Assembly: GCA_021824125.1 (NCBI GenBank)
Contig: JAKALO010000002.1
Location: 1-56,793 of the forward strand
Direction of reading: 5' to 3'
Length of the DNA: 56,793 bases
From: Deltaproteobacteria bacterium
Lineage (GTDB): Bacteria; Desulfobacterota; Deferrimicrobia; Deferrimicrobiales; Deferrimicrobiaceae
Part shown: positions 49,085 to 56,793 of the stretch, piece after piece
Numbering within the stretch: the first letter of the stretch is position 1
Layout: the number at the start of each line of letters is the position of its first letter
Program-made: the position numbers and the translations under genes
The notes under the pieces: model-generated
Databases searched by the model: none
What the model was told of the DNA's origin: nothing
Seen by the model: only the letters and a program-made list of their open reading frames with translations

Positions 49085-50713
49085 TTGATCGACGCCCTCT
49101 TTATCCAGGTGCTGGGGGGGGTCCTCCTTCTTCTTTACGGGGTGCGCCTCTCGGGGAAGGGATTCGAGCTCGCCCTGGGGGCCCGCCTGAAGGAGTGGTG
49201 GGCGGCCCCGGGCCGAAGCCGGCTGGGCGGGTTCGGGGCCGGCGTGGTCGGCACAAGCCTGCTCCAAAGCTCCGGGGCGGTAGTCACCCTTCTGATAACC
49301 TTCGCGGAAATATCTCCACTGCCTCTGGCCCAGTCGCTCTCGGTCGTGCTCGGCGCCGACCTCGGGAGCACGCTGACCGTCCAGGTCCTCTCGTTTCGCA
49401 TCTACCAGTACGCGATTCCCGTCGTCTCGGTCGGGATCCTGCTGATCCTCTGGGGGAGGAAGCCGAAGGTCCGCGCCGTCGGCCAGGGGATCCTGGGGCT
49501 GGGATTCATGCTCCTTGCGCTCAAGTTCCTCTCCGTGGCCGCGGACGGGGTCGGGAAGGTGGAGAGCCTGCGTTCCCTCATGATGGACCTCGGCGGCGCT
49601 CCGCTTGTCGCCTTCGCCTGGGGGGTGCTGCTGAGCGCGCTTTTCCAGAGCGGCACGGCGGTTATGATCCTGCTGATCGCCTTCACGCAACAGGGCGTGC
49701 TCCCCGTTCCGGCGGTACTCCCCCTGGTTCTCGGCGCGAACGTGGGGAGTTCCTCGGTGGCGTTCATGGCCGCCTCCGGGCTGGCCGCCGAGGGGAAACG
49801 CGTCGCCTGGGGGCACGTGCTGATGAAGACCGCGGGCGCCCTCATGTTCCTTCCGTTCTTCTCACTGACCCAGCAGTTGCTGACCATGTTTTCCCCCGAC
49901 CCTTCGCGTATCGTCGCCAACGCCCACACGCTGTTCAACCTCACCGTTTCGTTCCTCTTCTACCCGCTGGCCCCCCGCGTGGCGGGTTTTCTGGCCGACA
50001 TCGTTCCCGTGAAGAAGAGGACGGCGCCGCGGGGGAAACCGGTGTACCTGGACCGGCAGCACCTTCCGGTCGCCGGGGCGGCGCTTGGCCAGGTCGCCCG
50101 TGAGATCATACGGATGGCGGACATGGTCCAGGAGATGCTGTCGCTATCGGTGAAGGCGATCGGCGCCGTCGGGATCGACCTTGCCGAGCGGATCCGGCGG
50201 ATGGACGACGACGTGGACCAGCTGACGAGCGAGATAAAGGTGTTCCTGTCGGCGCTGGGCCAGCGGTCGCTCGACCCGGAGCAGACGAACCGGGCCATGG
50301 CGTACATCGCGCTGGTCTCCGACCTGGAGAACATCGGCGACTTCGTCGACAAGACGCTGGGGGATCACGTCCGCCGCATGGCGGAGCGCGGCCAGCGCTT
50401 CTCCGACCAAGGGGCCGCGGAGCTTGTGACATTACTCAACGAGGTCGAGGAGATGTATCGCGAGGCGGTCTCCGCCTTCGTTACGCGCGACGCCAAGGCC
50501 GCCGGGATAGTCATCGCCCGGAAGAAGGCCATCGGGCAGATGGAACGGGACCTGCGACTCGCGCACATCCGCCGTCTCCAGAAAGGCACGCCCGAATCCC
50601 TGGAGTCCAGCGCAGCCCACCTCGACATCCTCTCCTCCTGGAAGGGAATCGCGTCCCACTGCGCCGCGATCGCCTACACCGTCCTCCAGGTCGAGGAACA
50701 GGAACACGACTGA
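49085..50713 (+). CDS. Na+/phosphate cotransporter family protein with PhoU-like C-terminal domain
   Basis: Duplicated membrane repeats (LLLLYGVRLSGKGFE..., SGTAVMILLIAF, LGANVGSS) plus a C-terminal helical PhoU-like region (DDDVDQLTSEIKVFL...). 542 aa. TTG start. Confidence 0.8.
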   Translation: MIDALFIQVLGGVLLLLYGVRLSGKGFELALGARLKEWWAAPGRSRLGGFGAGVVGTSLLQSSGAVVTLLITFAEISPLPLAQSLSVVLGADLGSTLTVQVLSFRIYQYAIPVVSVGILLILWGRKPKVRAVGQGILGLGFMLLALKFLSVAADGVGKVESLRSLMMDLGGAPLVAFAWGVLLSALFQSGTAVMILLIAFTQQGVLPVPAVLPLVLGANVGSSSVAFMAASGLAAEGKRVAWGHVLMKTAGALMFLPFFSLTQQLLTMFSPDPSRIVANAHTLFNLTVSFLFYPLAPRVAGFLADIVPVKKRTAPRGKPVYLDRQHLPVAGAALGQVAREIIRMADMVQEMLSLSVKAIGAVGIDLAERIRRMDDDVDQLTSEIKVFLSALGQRSLDPEQTNRAMAYIALVSDLENIGDFVDKTLGDHVRRMAERGQRFSDQGAAELVTLLNEVEEMYREAVSAFVTRDAKAAGIVIARKKAIGQMERDLRLAHIRRLQKGTPESLESSAAHLDILSSWKGIASHCAAIAYTVLQVEEQEHD

Positions 50714-50827
50714 TGGAAATGGCGGCCGCACCCGGGGGGAATTGACCCTGCGGTCCGGACGGGGTAGTCTGTTTTTCCGAAGGCATGCGGCAGCATATAT
50801 CTGCGAACCGAGGGGAGAGCCGGAGCG

Positions 50828-51052
50828 ATGGCGGATGAGCCGTTCGTCCTGATCGAGAAGAGGATCAACGACCTGGCGGGAATGGTTGCGACGCTCAGGA
50901 AGGAAAAGGCCGACCTTGTCGCCCAGGTAGAGCAAAAGAGCGCGGACGCCAAGGACCTGGCACGCAAGGTGGCCGAGCTCACCAAGGAGCGGAACGAGAT
51001 CCGGGAGAGGGTGGAAAAGATATTGTCGCGCCTCGAAACAATTGAGTTGTAG
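50828..51052 (+). CDS. zapB: Small coiled-coil protein, ZapB-like cell-division factor
   Basis: 74 aa, entirely heptad-like (LRKEKADLVAQVEQKSADAKDLARKVAELTKERNEIRERVEKILSRLE). Located directly upstream of zapA. Confidence 0.5.
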   Translation: MADEPFVLIEKRINDLAGMVATLRKEKADLVAQVEQKSADAKDLARKVAELTKERNEIRERVEKILSRLETIEL

Positions 51053-51069
51053 CGCGCCCGATGTATAAT
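51042..51069 (+). promoter_or_regulatory. Candidate internal promoter upstream of zapA
   Basis: TTGAGT (51042-51047), 16 nt spacer, TATAAT (51064-51069). Confidence 0.35.
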
Positions 51070-51086
51070 GGATAAAGCGGAAGGTG

Positions 51087-51368
51087 ATGAGCAACAAGTA
51101 CGATGTGAACATCGCCGGGTACACGCTGACCGTGAAGACCGGGCGGTCGGCCGAGCACATGGAGCGCCTCAGCGAGCTCCTGAACAGCAAGGTGCGCGAG
51201 GTGCAGAAAACCGGGGTTACGTCGAACTACCTCAACGTCGTGATGCTTGCGGCAATGAAGCTGGCGGACGAGATCCTGGATCTTCGCGACAGGCAGGACC
51301 AGGAAAAAAGGCGAATAGAGGAGAAGAGCCGGGACCTGTTGAGCACGCTGGACAGCGCGCTCAAGTAG
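51087..51368 (+). CDS. zapA: Cell division protein ZapA
   Basis: YDVNIAGYTLTVKTGRSAEHMERLSELLNSKVREV...LNVVMLAAMKLADEIL. About 93 aa. GGAAGG Shine-Dalgarno. Confidence 0.8.
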   Translation: MSNKYDVNIAGYTLTVKTGRSAEHMERLSELLNSKVREVQKTGVTSNYLNVVMLAAMKLADEILDLRDRQDQEKRRIEEKSRDLLSTLDSALK

Positions 51369-51387
51369 AAGGGCGGGAAAGGTCGTT

Positions 51388-51570
51388 ACGCCCCTGTCGT
51401 GTTCGTGATTGGCGGGAGAGTTAGAGCCAATACATGAAAAAAGGGGTCCCTTCCTGACGGTGGTGTGCACGCCCCCGACCGGGGGAAGCCTGAAGCCGTC
51501 ACACCCAGGGAGCCCACCTGGTGAGAGCCAGGTTCAACTCGAACGCCGACACGGCACAGGGCAGGGGCTT
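51388..51570 (+). ncRNA. ssrS: Putative 6S RNA
   Basis: Non-coding gap between zapA and the 5-formyl-THF cyclo-ligase gene, which is the classical ssrS position. A ~180 nt irregular rod can be drawn. Closing helix: CCCCTGTCGTGTTCG (51391-51405) pairs with CGAAC..ACACGG..CAGGGG (51540-51567). Inner helices: TCCCT/TGACGG (51448-51460) pair with CCGTCA/AGGGA (51496-51511). Apical hairpin: CCCCC-GACC-GGGGG (51472-51485). The ends are approximate. Confidence 0.5.
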
Positions 51571-51774
51571 TCCCGGGGATATCCCGCGGAAAGCCGCGTT
51601 CACATAGATTTGGGTGGCAGGTAAAGGTATCCATACGTTCGATCCCGGATAAGGTAAAGTCGTTTTGGCATAGAGGAATCCATCAACGGGACGAGGCTGC
51701 TCGTTCCGTCTCTTCGCCTTATTCGCGGTTCCTGCCCCCCACGGTACGAATCCTGTAAAAACGGCGGTTTGTTC

Positions 51775-52386
51775 ATGATTGTGGAAGAACGGAAGGCGTT
51801 GCTTCGCCGGACCGAACGCGCCCGGGCGGGCCGGTCCGTGCCGAAAGAGGAGTTTGCCGGAAAGAGCCTTTCGGTACAGGAGAATTTCGTTTCCGCCTTC
51901 CCCCCGAAGGCGGGGATGAGAATCGGCCTCTACAAGGCCGTCGGGGTGGAGGTGGGCACGGATCATATCCGCGGCTGTTGCCACGCCGCGGGTGCGCTGC
52001 TTTTTTACCCCAAGGTCATGGACGACGGACACCTCTCGTTTTATCCCGACGGGGGGAGCGACGGCTGGGTTCGGGGAAAGTACGGCCTCCTCGAACCGCG
52101 CGTGGAGCCCGGGACGGAAGGGGTACGTCGCGGATTCGACCTTGTCGTCGTTCCCGGAATGGCTTTCGACGCGGAGGGCAGGCGACTGGGCAAGGGCTAC
52201 GGATACTACGACCGCTTTCTCTCCGGCCTGGCGGGGACGGCGGTGACGGTCGGTCTTGCGTTTTCCCGGCAGGTGGTCCCGGAGGTCCCCGTGGACTCCC
52301 GGGACGTGCCGGTGGACGCGGTGGTCACGGAGGAAGGCGTCATCCGGGTTTCCCGGGTGCGTCCGAAAGGCACAACCATAAAATAG
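51775..52386 (+). CDS. 5-formyltetrahydrofolate cyclo-ligase
   Basis: ERKALLRR..., [29 protein letters not shown] 51775 is preferred; the track start is TTG 51769. Confidence 0.85.
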   Translation: MIVEERKALLRRTERARAGRSVPKEEFAGKSLSVQENFVSAFPPKAGMRIGLYKAVGVEVGTDHIRGCCHAAGALLFYPKVMDDGHLSFYPDGGSDGWVRGKYGLLEPRVEPGTEGVRRGFDLVVVPGMAFDAEGRRLGKGYGYYDRFLSGLAGTAVTVGLAFSRQVVPEVPVDSRDVPVDAVVTEEGVIRVSRVRPKGTTIK

Positions 52387-52421
52387 ATGCGTTACCGGGG
52401 AGGAATCCTTTGGATACGGAA

Positions 52422-53981
52422 ATGTTGATCATCGCCGTGCTTGTGGCCCTGGCGGCGGGGCTCGCCATGGTCGTTTTGAATTTGTTGGGTAAAAAACGCT
52501 CCGCGGAGGGCCAGGCGCGCGCCGGCGCCGCGAAGGCGGAGGAGATACTCCAGAACGCGAAGAAAGACGCCCAGAACATCCTCAAGGAAGCGGCGCTCCA
52601 GGCCAAGGATTACCAGCTGCAGGTGAAGCTCGATTTCGAGAGGGAAACGCGCGAGCGGAAGAACGAGATCGGACAGCTGGAAAAGCGGCTATTGCAGAAA
52701 GAGGACCAGCTCGACCGGAAGACCGAGGCGCTCGAGACGAGGTCCCAGGATTTCGGGCGCAAGGAAAGGGAGCTGGCGGAGCTGTCTAAAAAGCTGGATG
52801 CGCAGCAGGCCGAGCTGCTGGATTCCATCAGGAAAGCGGTGGAGAACCTCGAGAGGATAGCGGGCGTGACGGCCGAGCAGGCCAAGGCGGAGCTGGTCGA
52901 GAGGATCGCCGAAGAGGCCCGGCTGGAGGGCGCGAAAAAGATACGCGCGATGGACGAGGAATTCAAGGAGGAGGCGTCCCAGAAGGCCAGGAAAATGATC
53001 TCCCTGGCAGTTCAGCGGTACGCCGCGGATTACGTGGCCGAACACGTCGTCACGGCTGTGCCGCTCCCTTCGGAGGAGATGAAAGGGCGGATCATCGGCC
53101 GCGAGGGGCGCAACATCCGCGCGTTCGAGGCGGCGACGGGGATCGACATAATAATCGACGACACGCCCGAGGCGGTCATCCTGTCCGGCTTCAACCCGGT
53201 ACGCAGGGAGGTGGCCCGCATCGCGCTCACCCGGCTGGTCCAGGACGGCCGCATCCACCCGGCCAGGATCGAGGAGACGGTGGAGAAAGTAGCCAAGGAG
53301 GTCGACGAGCTTATACGTGAAGCGGGCGAGCAGGCGCTCTTCGACCTGGGGCTTCACGGCATCCACCCCGAGCTGGTCAAACTGATCGGAAGGCTGAAGT
53401 ACCGGACTTCGTACGGGCAGAACATCTACACGCACTCCCTGGAGGTGGCTTTCCTATCCGGGATGATCGCTTCGGAGCTGGGGCTTTCCGTCAAGGTCGC
53501 GAAACGCGCGGGCCTCCTGCACGACATCGGGAAGGCCGTCGACCACGAAATAGAGGGGCCGCACGCGCTCATCGGGGCCGACCTCGCAAAAAAGTACGGC
53601 GAGGCTCCCAGGGTCATTCACGCGATCGCCGCGCACCACGAGGACGAATCCCCGCACGACATCCTGCCGATCCTGGTGCAGGCCGCGGACGCCCTTTCCG
53701 GGGCCCGGCCCGGCGCGCGGCGCGAGATGCTGGCGAACTACCTCAAGCGGCTGGAGGATCTCGAGAAGATCGCCAGGTCGTTCCCGGGGGTAGAGAAGTC
53801 CTACGCCATTCAGGCCGGGCGGGAGGTCCGGATCATCGTGGACAACATGAAGATCTCCGACGACGCGGCCACGATACTCGCCCGGGACATCGCCAAGAAG
53901 GTCGAGACGGAGCTGTCCTACCCCGGCCAGATCCGTGTCACGGTGATCCGGGAAACGCGCGCCGTGGAATACGCGAAGTAA
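52422..53981 (+). CDS. rny: Ribonuclease Y
   Basis: Real part of ORF 51978..53981. N-terminal TM ([19 protein letters not shown]), coiled coil, KH ([26 protein letters not shown]) and HD ([12 protein letters not shown]). 519 aa. Confidence 0.95.
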   Translation: MLIIAVLVALAAGLAMVVLNLLGKKRSAEGQARAGAAKAEEILQNAKKDAQNILKEAALQAKDYQLQVKLDFERETRERKNEIGQLEKRLLQKEDQLDRKTEALETRSQDFGRKERELAELSKKLDAQQAELLDSIRKAVENLERIAGVTAEQAKAELVERIAEEARLEGAKKIRAMDEEFKEEASQKARKMISLAVQRYAADYVAEHVVTAVPLPSEEMKGRIIGREGRNIRAFEAATGIDIIIDDTPEAVILSGFNPVRREVARIALTRLVQDGRIHPARIEETVEKVAKEVDELIREAGEQALFDLGLHGIHPELVKLIGRLKYRTSYGQNIYTHSLEVAFLSGMIASELGLSVKVAKRAGLLHDIGKAVDHEIEGPHALIGADLAKKYGEAPRVIHAIAAHHEDESPHDILPILVQAADALSGARPGARREMLANYLKRLEDLEKIARSFPGVEKSYAIQAGREVRIIVDNMKISDDAATILARDIAKKVETELSYPGQIRVTVIRETRAVEYAK

Positions 53982-54069
53982 CCCGCCTTCGCTCCGATGC
54001 GACCGTGAGACGCGGGATGCATAGGAGCTACGGCGGGTGCTCGGCATAAAGAAAGGCGGAAAGCCTCGC

Positions 54070-54894
54070 ATGTGGGTTCTCTTCCTCGGCGACGTCGTCG
54101 GCAAGCCCGGCCGGAAGGCCGTGCGGGAGTTCCTCTCCCGCCTCGGCGGTCGCCGGGACGTCGACCTCGTCGTGGCGAACGCGGAGAACGCGGCGGGCGG
54201 GATGGGGATCACGGAATCCGCCGTCTCGCAGCTCTTCGACGCCGGCGTGGACGCGCTGACCAGCGGGAACCACGTCTGGGACAAACGGGAGGGAGTCCCC
54301 CTCCTGCAGGGGGAGTCGCGGATCCTCCGGCCCGCCAACTATCCCCCGGGCACGGAAGGCCGCGGGTGGGGCGTTTTCCGGGGTCGCAGCGGGACTCCAT
54401 ACGCCGTCGTGTCCCTGATCGGGAGGGTCTTCATGGGGCAGGTCGACTGTCCTTTCCGATGGATGGACGAGGCGCTTCCCGGGATGCGGCGGCAGGCGGC
54501 AACGGTCCTTGTGGATTTCCACGCCGAGGCGACGTCCGAGAAGCGCGCGATGGCGTTCCACCTCGACGGTAAGGTGTCGGCCATAGCGGGGACGCACACG
54601 CACGTCCAGACCGTAGACGCGCAGCTATTGCCCGGCGGGACGGGGTATATAACGGACGCGGGCATGTGCGGCGCCTCGCAGTCGGTGATAGGGATGGATT
54701 CGAAGGGAGTGCTCAGGCGTTTTCTCCAGCAGGTTCCCACCCGGTTCGAGGTTGCGGCGGGAGAGCCGGAGGCGGCGGGAGTGTTCTTCGACATCGACCC
54801 GGAAACGGGAACGTGCAGGGCGGTGGAACCGTTTGTCATGACCGAAAGCCGGATGAGGAGCGCGGACGAATGGAAGAGATTCTCAAGTCCCTGA
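54070..54894 (+). CDS. ymdB: YmdB-like metallophosphoesterase (TIGR00282 family, 2',3'-cyclic-nucleotide phosphodiesterase)
   Basis: [50 protein letters not shown] and GTHTHVQT. Follows rny, as in Bacillus. Confidence 0.85.
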   Translation: MWVLFLGDVVGKPGRKAVREFLSRLGGRRDVDLVVANAENAAGGMGITESAVSQLFDAGVDALTSGNHVWDKREGVPLLQGESRILRPANYPPGTEGRGWGVFRGRSGTPYAVVSLIGRVFMGQVDCPFRWMDEALPGMRRQAATVLVDFHAEATSEKRAMAFHLDGKVSAIAGTHTHVQTVDAQLLPGGTGYITDAGMCGASQSVIGMDSKGVLRRFLQQVPTRFEVAAGEPEAAGVFFDIDPETGTCRAVEPFVMTESRMRSADEWKRFSSP

Positions 54895-56078
54895 AGCGTG
54901 GAGCGGTCGACGTAATCAGCGGGGAGGAGCTTTCGCAAAAGCTCATGCGATCCCGTAAGGAGAGCCGTCCGCTGCGCGTCAAGGCGGGGTTCGATCCCAC
55001 GGCGCCGGACCTGCACCTGGGCCACACCGTCCTGATCCAGAAGCTAAAGCACTTCCAGGAGGCCGGCCACCAGGTCGTGTTCCTGATCGGCGACTTCACC
55101 GGAATGATCGGGGACCCGACAGGAAAGGCCGAGACGCGCAAGGTCCTTACGAGGGAGGACGTGGAGCGGAACGCCGCCACCTACAAGGAGCAGATCTTCA
55201 AGATACTGGACCCGGAGAAAACCGAGGTGCGGTTCAACTCCGAGTGGCTCTCGGGGCTAACGATCGAGGAGATGGTCCGGATCGCGGGCCAGATGACGGT
55301 CGCCCGGATGCTGGAGCGTGACGACTTCCGCAGGCGGTACGAGGGGGAGCGGCCGATATCGATCCACGAATTCCTCTATCCGCTGTTCCAGGGGTACGAT
55401 TCGGTAGCGCTGAAGGCGGACGTGGAGCTGGGCGGCACCGACCAGAAGTTCAACCTGCTCGTGGGGCGCGACCTGCAGCGGGTCTACGGGCAGGAGGCCC
55501 AGGTTGTGATGACCACCCCCCTCCTGGTGGGCTTGGACGGCGTCAACAAGATGAGCAAGAGCCTGGGGAACTACGTCGGGATCACGGAACCCCCCGAAAC
55601 GATCTTCGGGAAGATGATGTCGATCTCCGACGACCTGATGCTCAAGTATTACGAACTCCTTTCCGACGTCACGCTGGCCGGCCTGGAGGCCTTGAGGAAC
55701 GGTCTGGCCGACGGCACCCGTCACCCGATGGACGCCAAGGTAGCGCTGGCCCGCGAGATCGTGGCCCGCTTCCACGGCGACGCGGCGGGCAGGGAGGCGG
55801 AGGAAGGATTCCGGAGAAGGTTTTCGGGCAAGGAGTTCCCCGATGACGCGCGTAGGGTTCCAGGCAGCGCGCTTGGCGGCAGGATCGACCTGGCCTCGGT
55901 GGTTTCGGCGGTTTCGACGTCCTTCACGTCGAAATCCGCGGTGCGGAGGCTGATCCAGCAGGGCGGGCTGGAGATAAACGGGGAGAAAGCCGTGGACCCG
56001 GCCGGGAGCATCGTCCCGCAGGGCGAAATCCGCTTGAAAATCGGGAAGAAAGAGTTCATCATCGTGACGTTCGGGTAG
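54870..56078 (+). CDS. tyrS: Tyrosine--tRNA ligase
   Basis: Real part of ORF 54666..56078. [20 protein letters not shown] (HIGH), KMSKSLGN and a C-terminal S4-like domain. The ATG at 54870 overlaps the ymdB-like gene end by 25 nt. Confidence 0.9.
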   Translation: MEEILKSLKRGAVDVISGEELSQKLMRSRKESRPLRVKAGFDPTAPDLHLGHTVLIQKLKHFQEAGHQVVFLIGDFTGMIGDPTGKAETRKVLTREDVERNAATYKEQIFKILDPEKTEVRFNSEWLSGLTIEEMVRIAGQMTVARMLERDDFRRRYEGERPISIHEFLYPLFQGYDSVALKADVELGGTDQKFNLLVGRDLQRVYGQEAQVVMTTPLLVGLDGVNKMSKSLGNYVGITEPPETIFGKMMSISDDLMLKYYELLSDVTLAGLEALRNGLADGTRHPMDAKVALAREIVARFHGDAAGREAEEGFRRRFSGKEFPDDARRVPGSALGGRIDLASVVSAVSTSFTSKSAVRRLIQQGGLEINGEKAVDPAGSIVPQGEIRLKIGKKEFIIVTFG

Positions 56079-56102
56079 AGGTTGGGACGAAGGGATTTCT
56101 CC

Positions 56103-56231
56103 TTGCGCCGGGCCCGCGATTCCGGTATAGTCCACTCCCCCTGTCATGTTGAAAGGGCGTTCCCCATCTGGTAGAGTAAACTGAGGGGTGGGGAGAAATT
56201 TCTTGACACAGGTTTCGCTTTTACGTATATT
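56103..56231 (+). promoter_or_regulatory. Three tandem sigma70-type promoters upstream of the rrn operon
   Basis: TTGCGC-17-TATAGT (56103-56131). TTGAAA-17-TAGAGT (56149-56177). TTGACA-17-TATATT (56203-56231), preceded by an A/T tract (GAGAAATTTC). All three have exactly 17 nt spacers. Confidence 0.6.
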
Positions 56232-56273
56232 GGCGAGTCTGCCCTGAGGTTTGCCCCGCAGGGCGAATCAACG

Positions 56274-56292
56274 GATCTTTGAAAACTGAACA
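56274..56292 (+). promoter_or_regulatory. BoxA-like rRNA antitermination element in the 16S leader
   Basis: GATCTTTGAAAACTGAACA resembles the (T)GTTCTTTGAAAACT-type boxA found in many rrn leaders. Lies about 50 nt upstream of the mature 16S 5' end. Confidence 0.45.
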
Positions 56293-56342
56293 GGGAATGC
56301 GGAAGGTGCGTGAAGGATCCTGTCTTTTCTTTTTCAAGCATA

Positions 56343-56793
56343 AAAGTGGAGAGTTTGATCCTGGCTCAGAACGAACGCTGGCGGCGTGCTTAACACATGC
56401 AAGTCGAGCGCGAAAGGGAGGGGCAACTCTCCTTAGTAGAGCGGCGCACGGGTGAGTAACGCGTGGGTAACCTGCCCCCGGGCGGGGGATAACCACTCGA
56501 AAGGGTGGCTAATACCGCATGAGACCACGAGGTCCTCGGACCTTGAGGCCAAAGGCGGCGCCGGCTTGCCGGCGCTGTCACCTGGGGATGGGCCCGCGTA
56601 CGATTAGCTGGTTGGTGAGGTAACGGCCCACCAAGGCTACGATCGTTAGCTGGTCTGAGAGGATGGCCAGCCACACTGGAACTGAAACACGGTCCAGACT
56701 CCTACGGGAGGCAGCAGTGAGGAATATTGCGCAATGGGGGAAACCCTGACGCAGCAACGCCGCGTGGGTGAAGAAGGCCTTCGGGTCGTAAAG
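56343..56793 (+). rRNA. rrs: 16S ribosomal RNA, 5' ~450 nt (truncated by window end)
   Basis: AGAGTTTGATCCTGGCTCAG at 56350-56369, ...ACACATGCAAGTCGAGCG..., ACTCCTACGGGAGGCAGCAG, and TGAGGAATATTGCGCAATGGGGGAAACCCTGACGCAGC. Confidence 0.97.

Noticed and set aside
50714-50827. Possible terminator or small RNA (for example SRP RNA) between the Na/Pi transporter gene and zapB, around GGTCCGGAC...GTTTTT.
   Set aside because: GTCCGGAC is a loop-less 8-bp palindrome, not a stable hairpin followed by a T-run. No SRP-RNA-like conserved motif is visible.

Overview
The window is a GC-rich chromosomal core segment. The 16S fragment at the right edge looks deltaproteobacterial or Desulfobacterota-like, but that placement is tentative. 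I support about 46 protein genes, a putative 6S RNA, the 5' end of a 16S rRNA gene with tandem promoters, three good intrinsic terminators and several sigma70-type promoters.

Layout:
- 1-2.4 kb (+): exopolysaccharide-type glycosyltransferase plus a TPR/beta-barrel outer-membrane protein.
- 2.4-5.2 kb (-): LarE-like, second PP-loop enzyme, and ThiF/MoeB E1-like enzyme.
- 5.2-7.5 kb (+): class-V desulfurase-like enzyme, then a REC-HD-GYP regulator.
- 7.4-9.4 kb (-): DUF362-ferredoxin protein plus a HgdC/BcrAD-type activase.
- 9.4-56.8 kb (+): an unbroken co-directional run of housekeeping genes: carD, ispDF, cysS, uvrB, uvrC, comEC, a GGDEF protein, hisS, aspS, ADP-forming acetyl-CoA synthetase with a Pta-N-terminal-like protein, mdh-sucCD-korDABC-ndk, rlmN, MTA phosphorylase, pilW, rodZ, a Zn-ribbon-GAF protein, recO, glyQS, ppdK, smc, ftsY, a Na/Pi transporter, zapB-zapA-(6S RNA)-5-FCL, rny, a ymdB-like gene, tyrS, and the rrn promoters with the 16S start.

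I saw no CRISPR array, transposase or integrase, tRNA gene, or recognisable defence island. Most long minus-strand or out-of-frame ORFs in the track are Arg/Pro/Gly-rich shadow ORFs typical of high-GC DNA.

No finding here is a compelling new system. The best novelty candidates are all modest:
- the DUF362-ferredoxin plus orphan activase pair;
- the compact thiolation gene set with no visible carrier protein;
- a Cys4 insertion in PPDK;
- the ACD plus standalone DRTGG protein pair;
- a UvrC that lacks its (HhH)2 domain.

Start codons were chosen by eye and may be off by a few codons.
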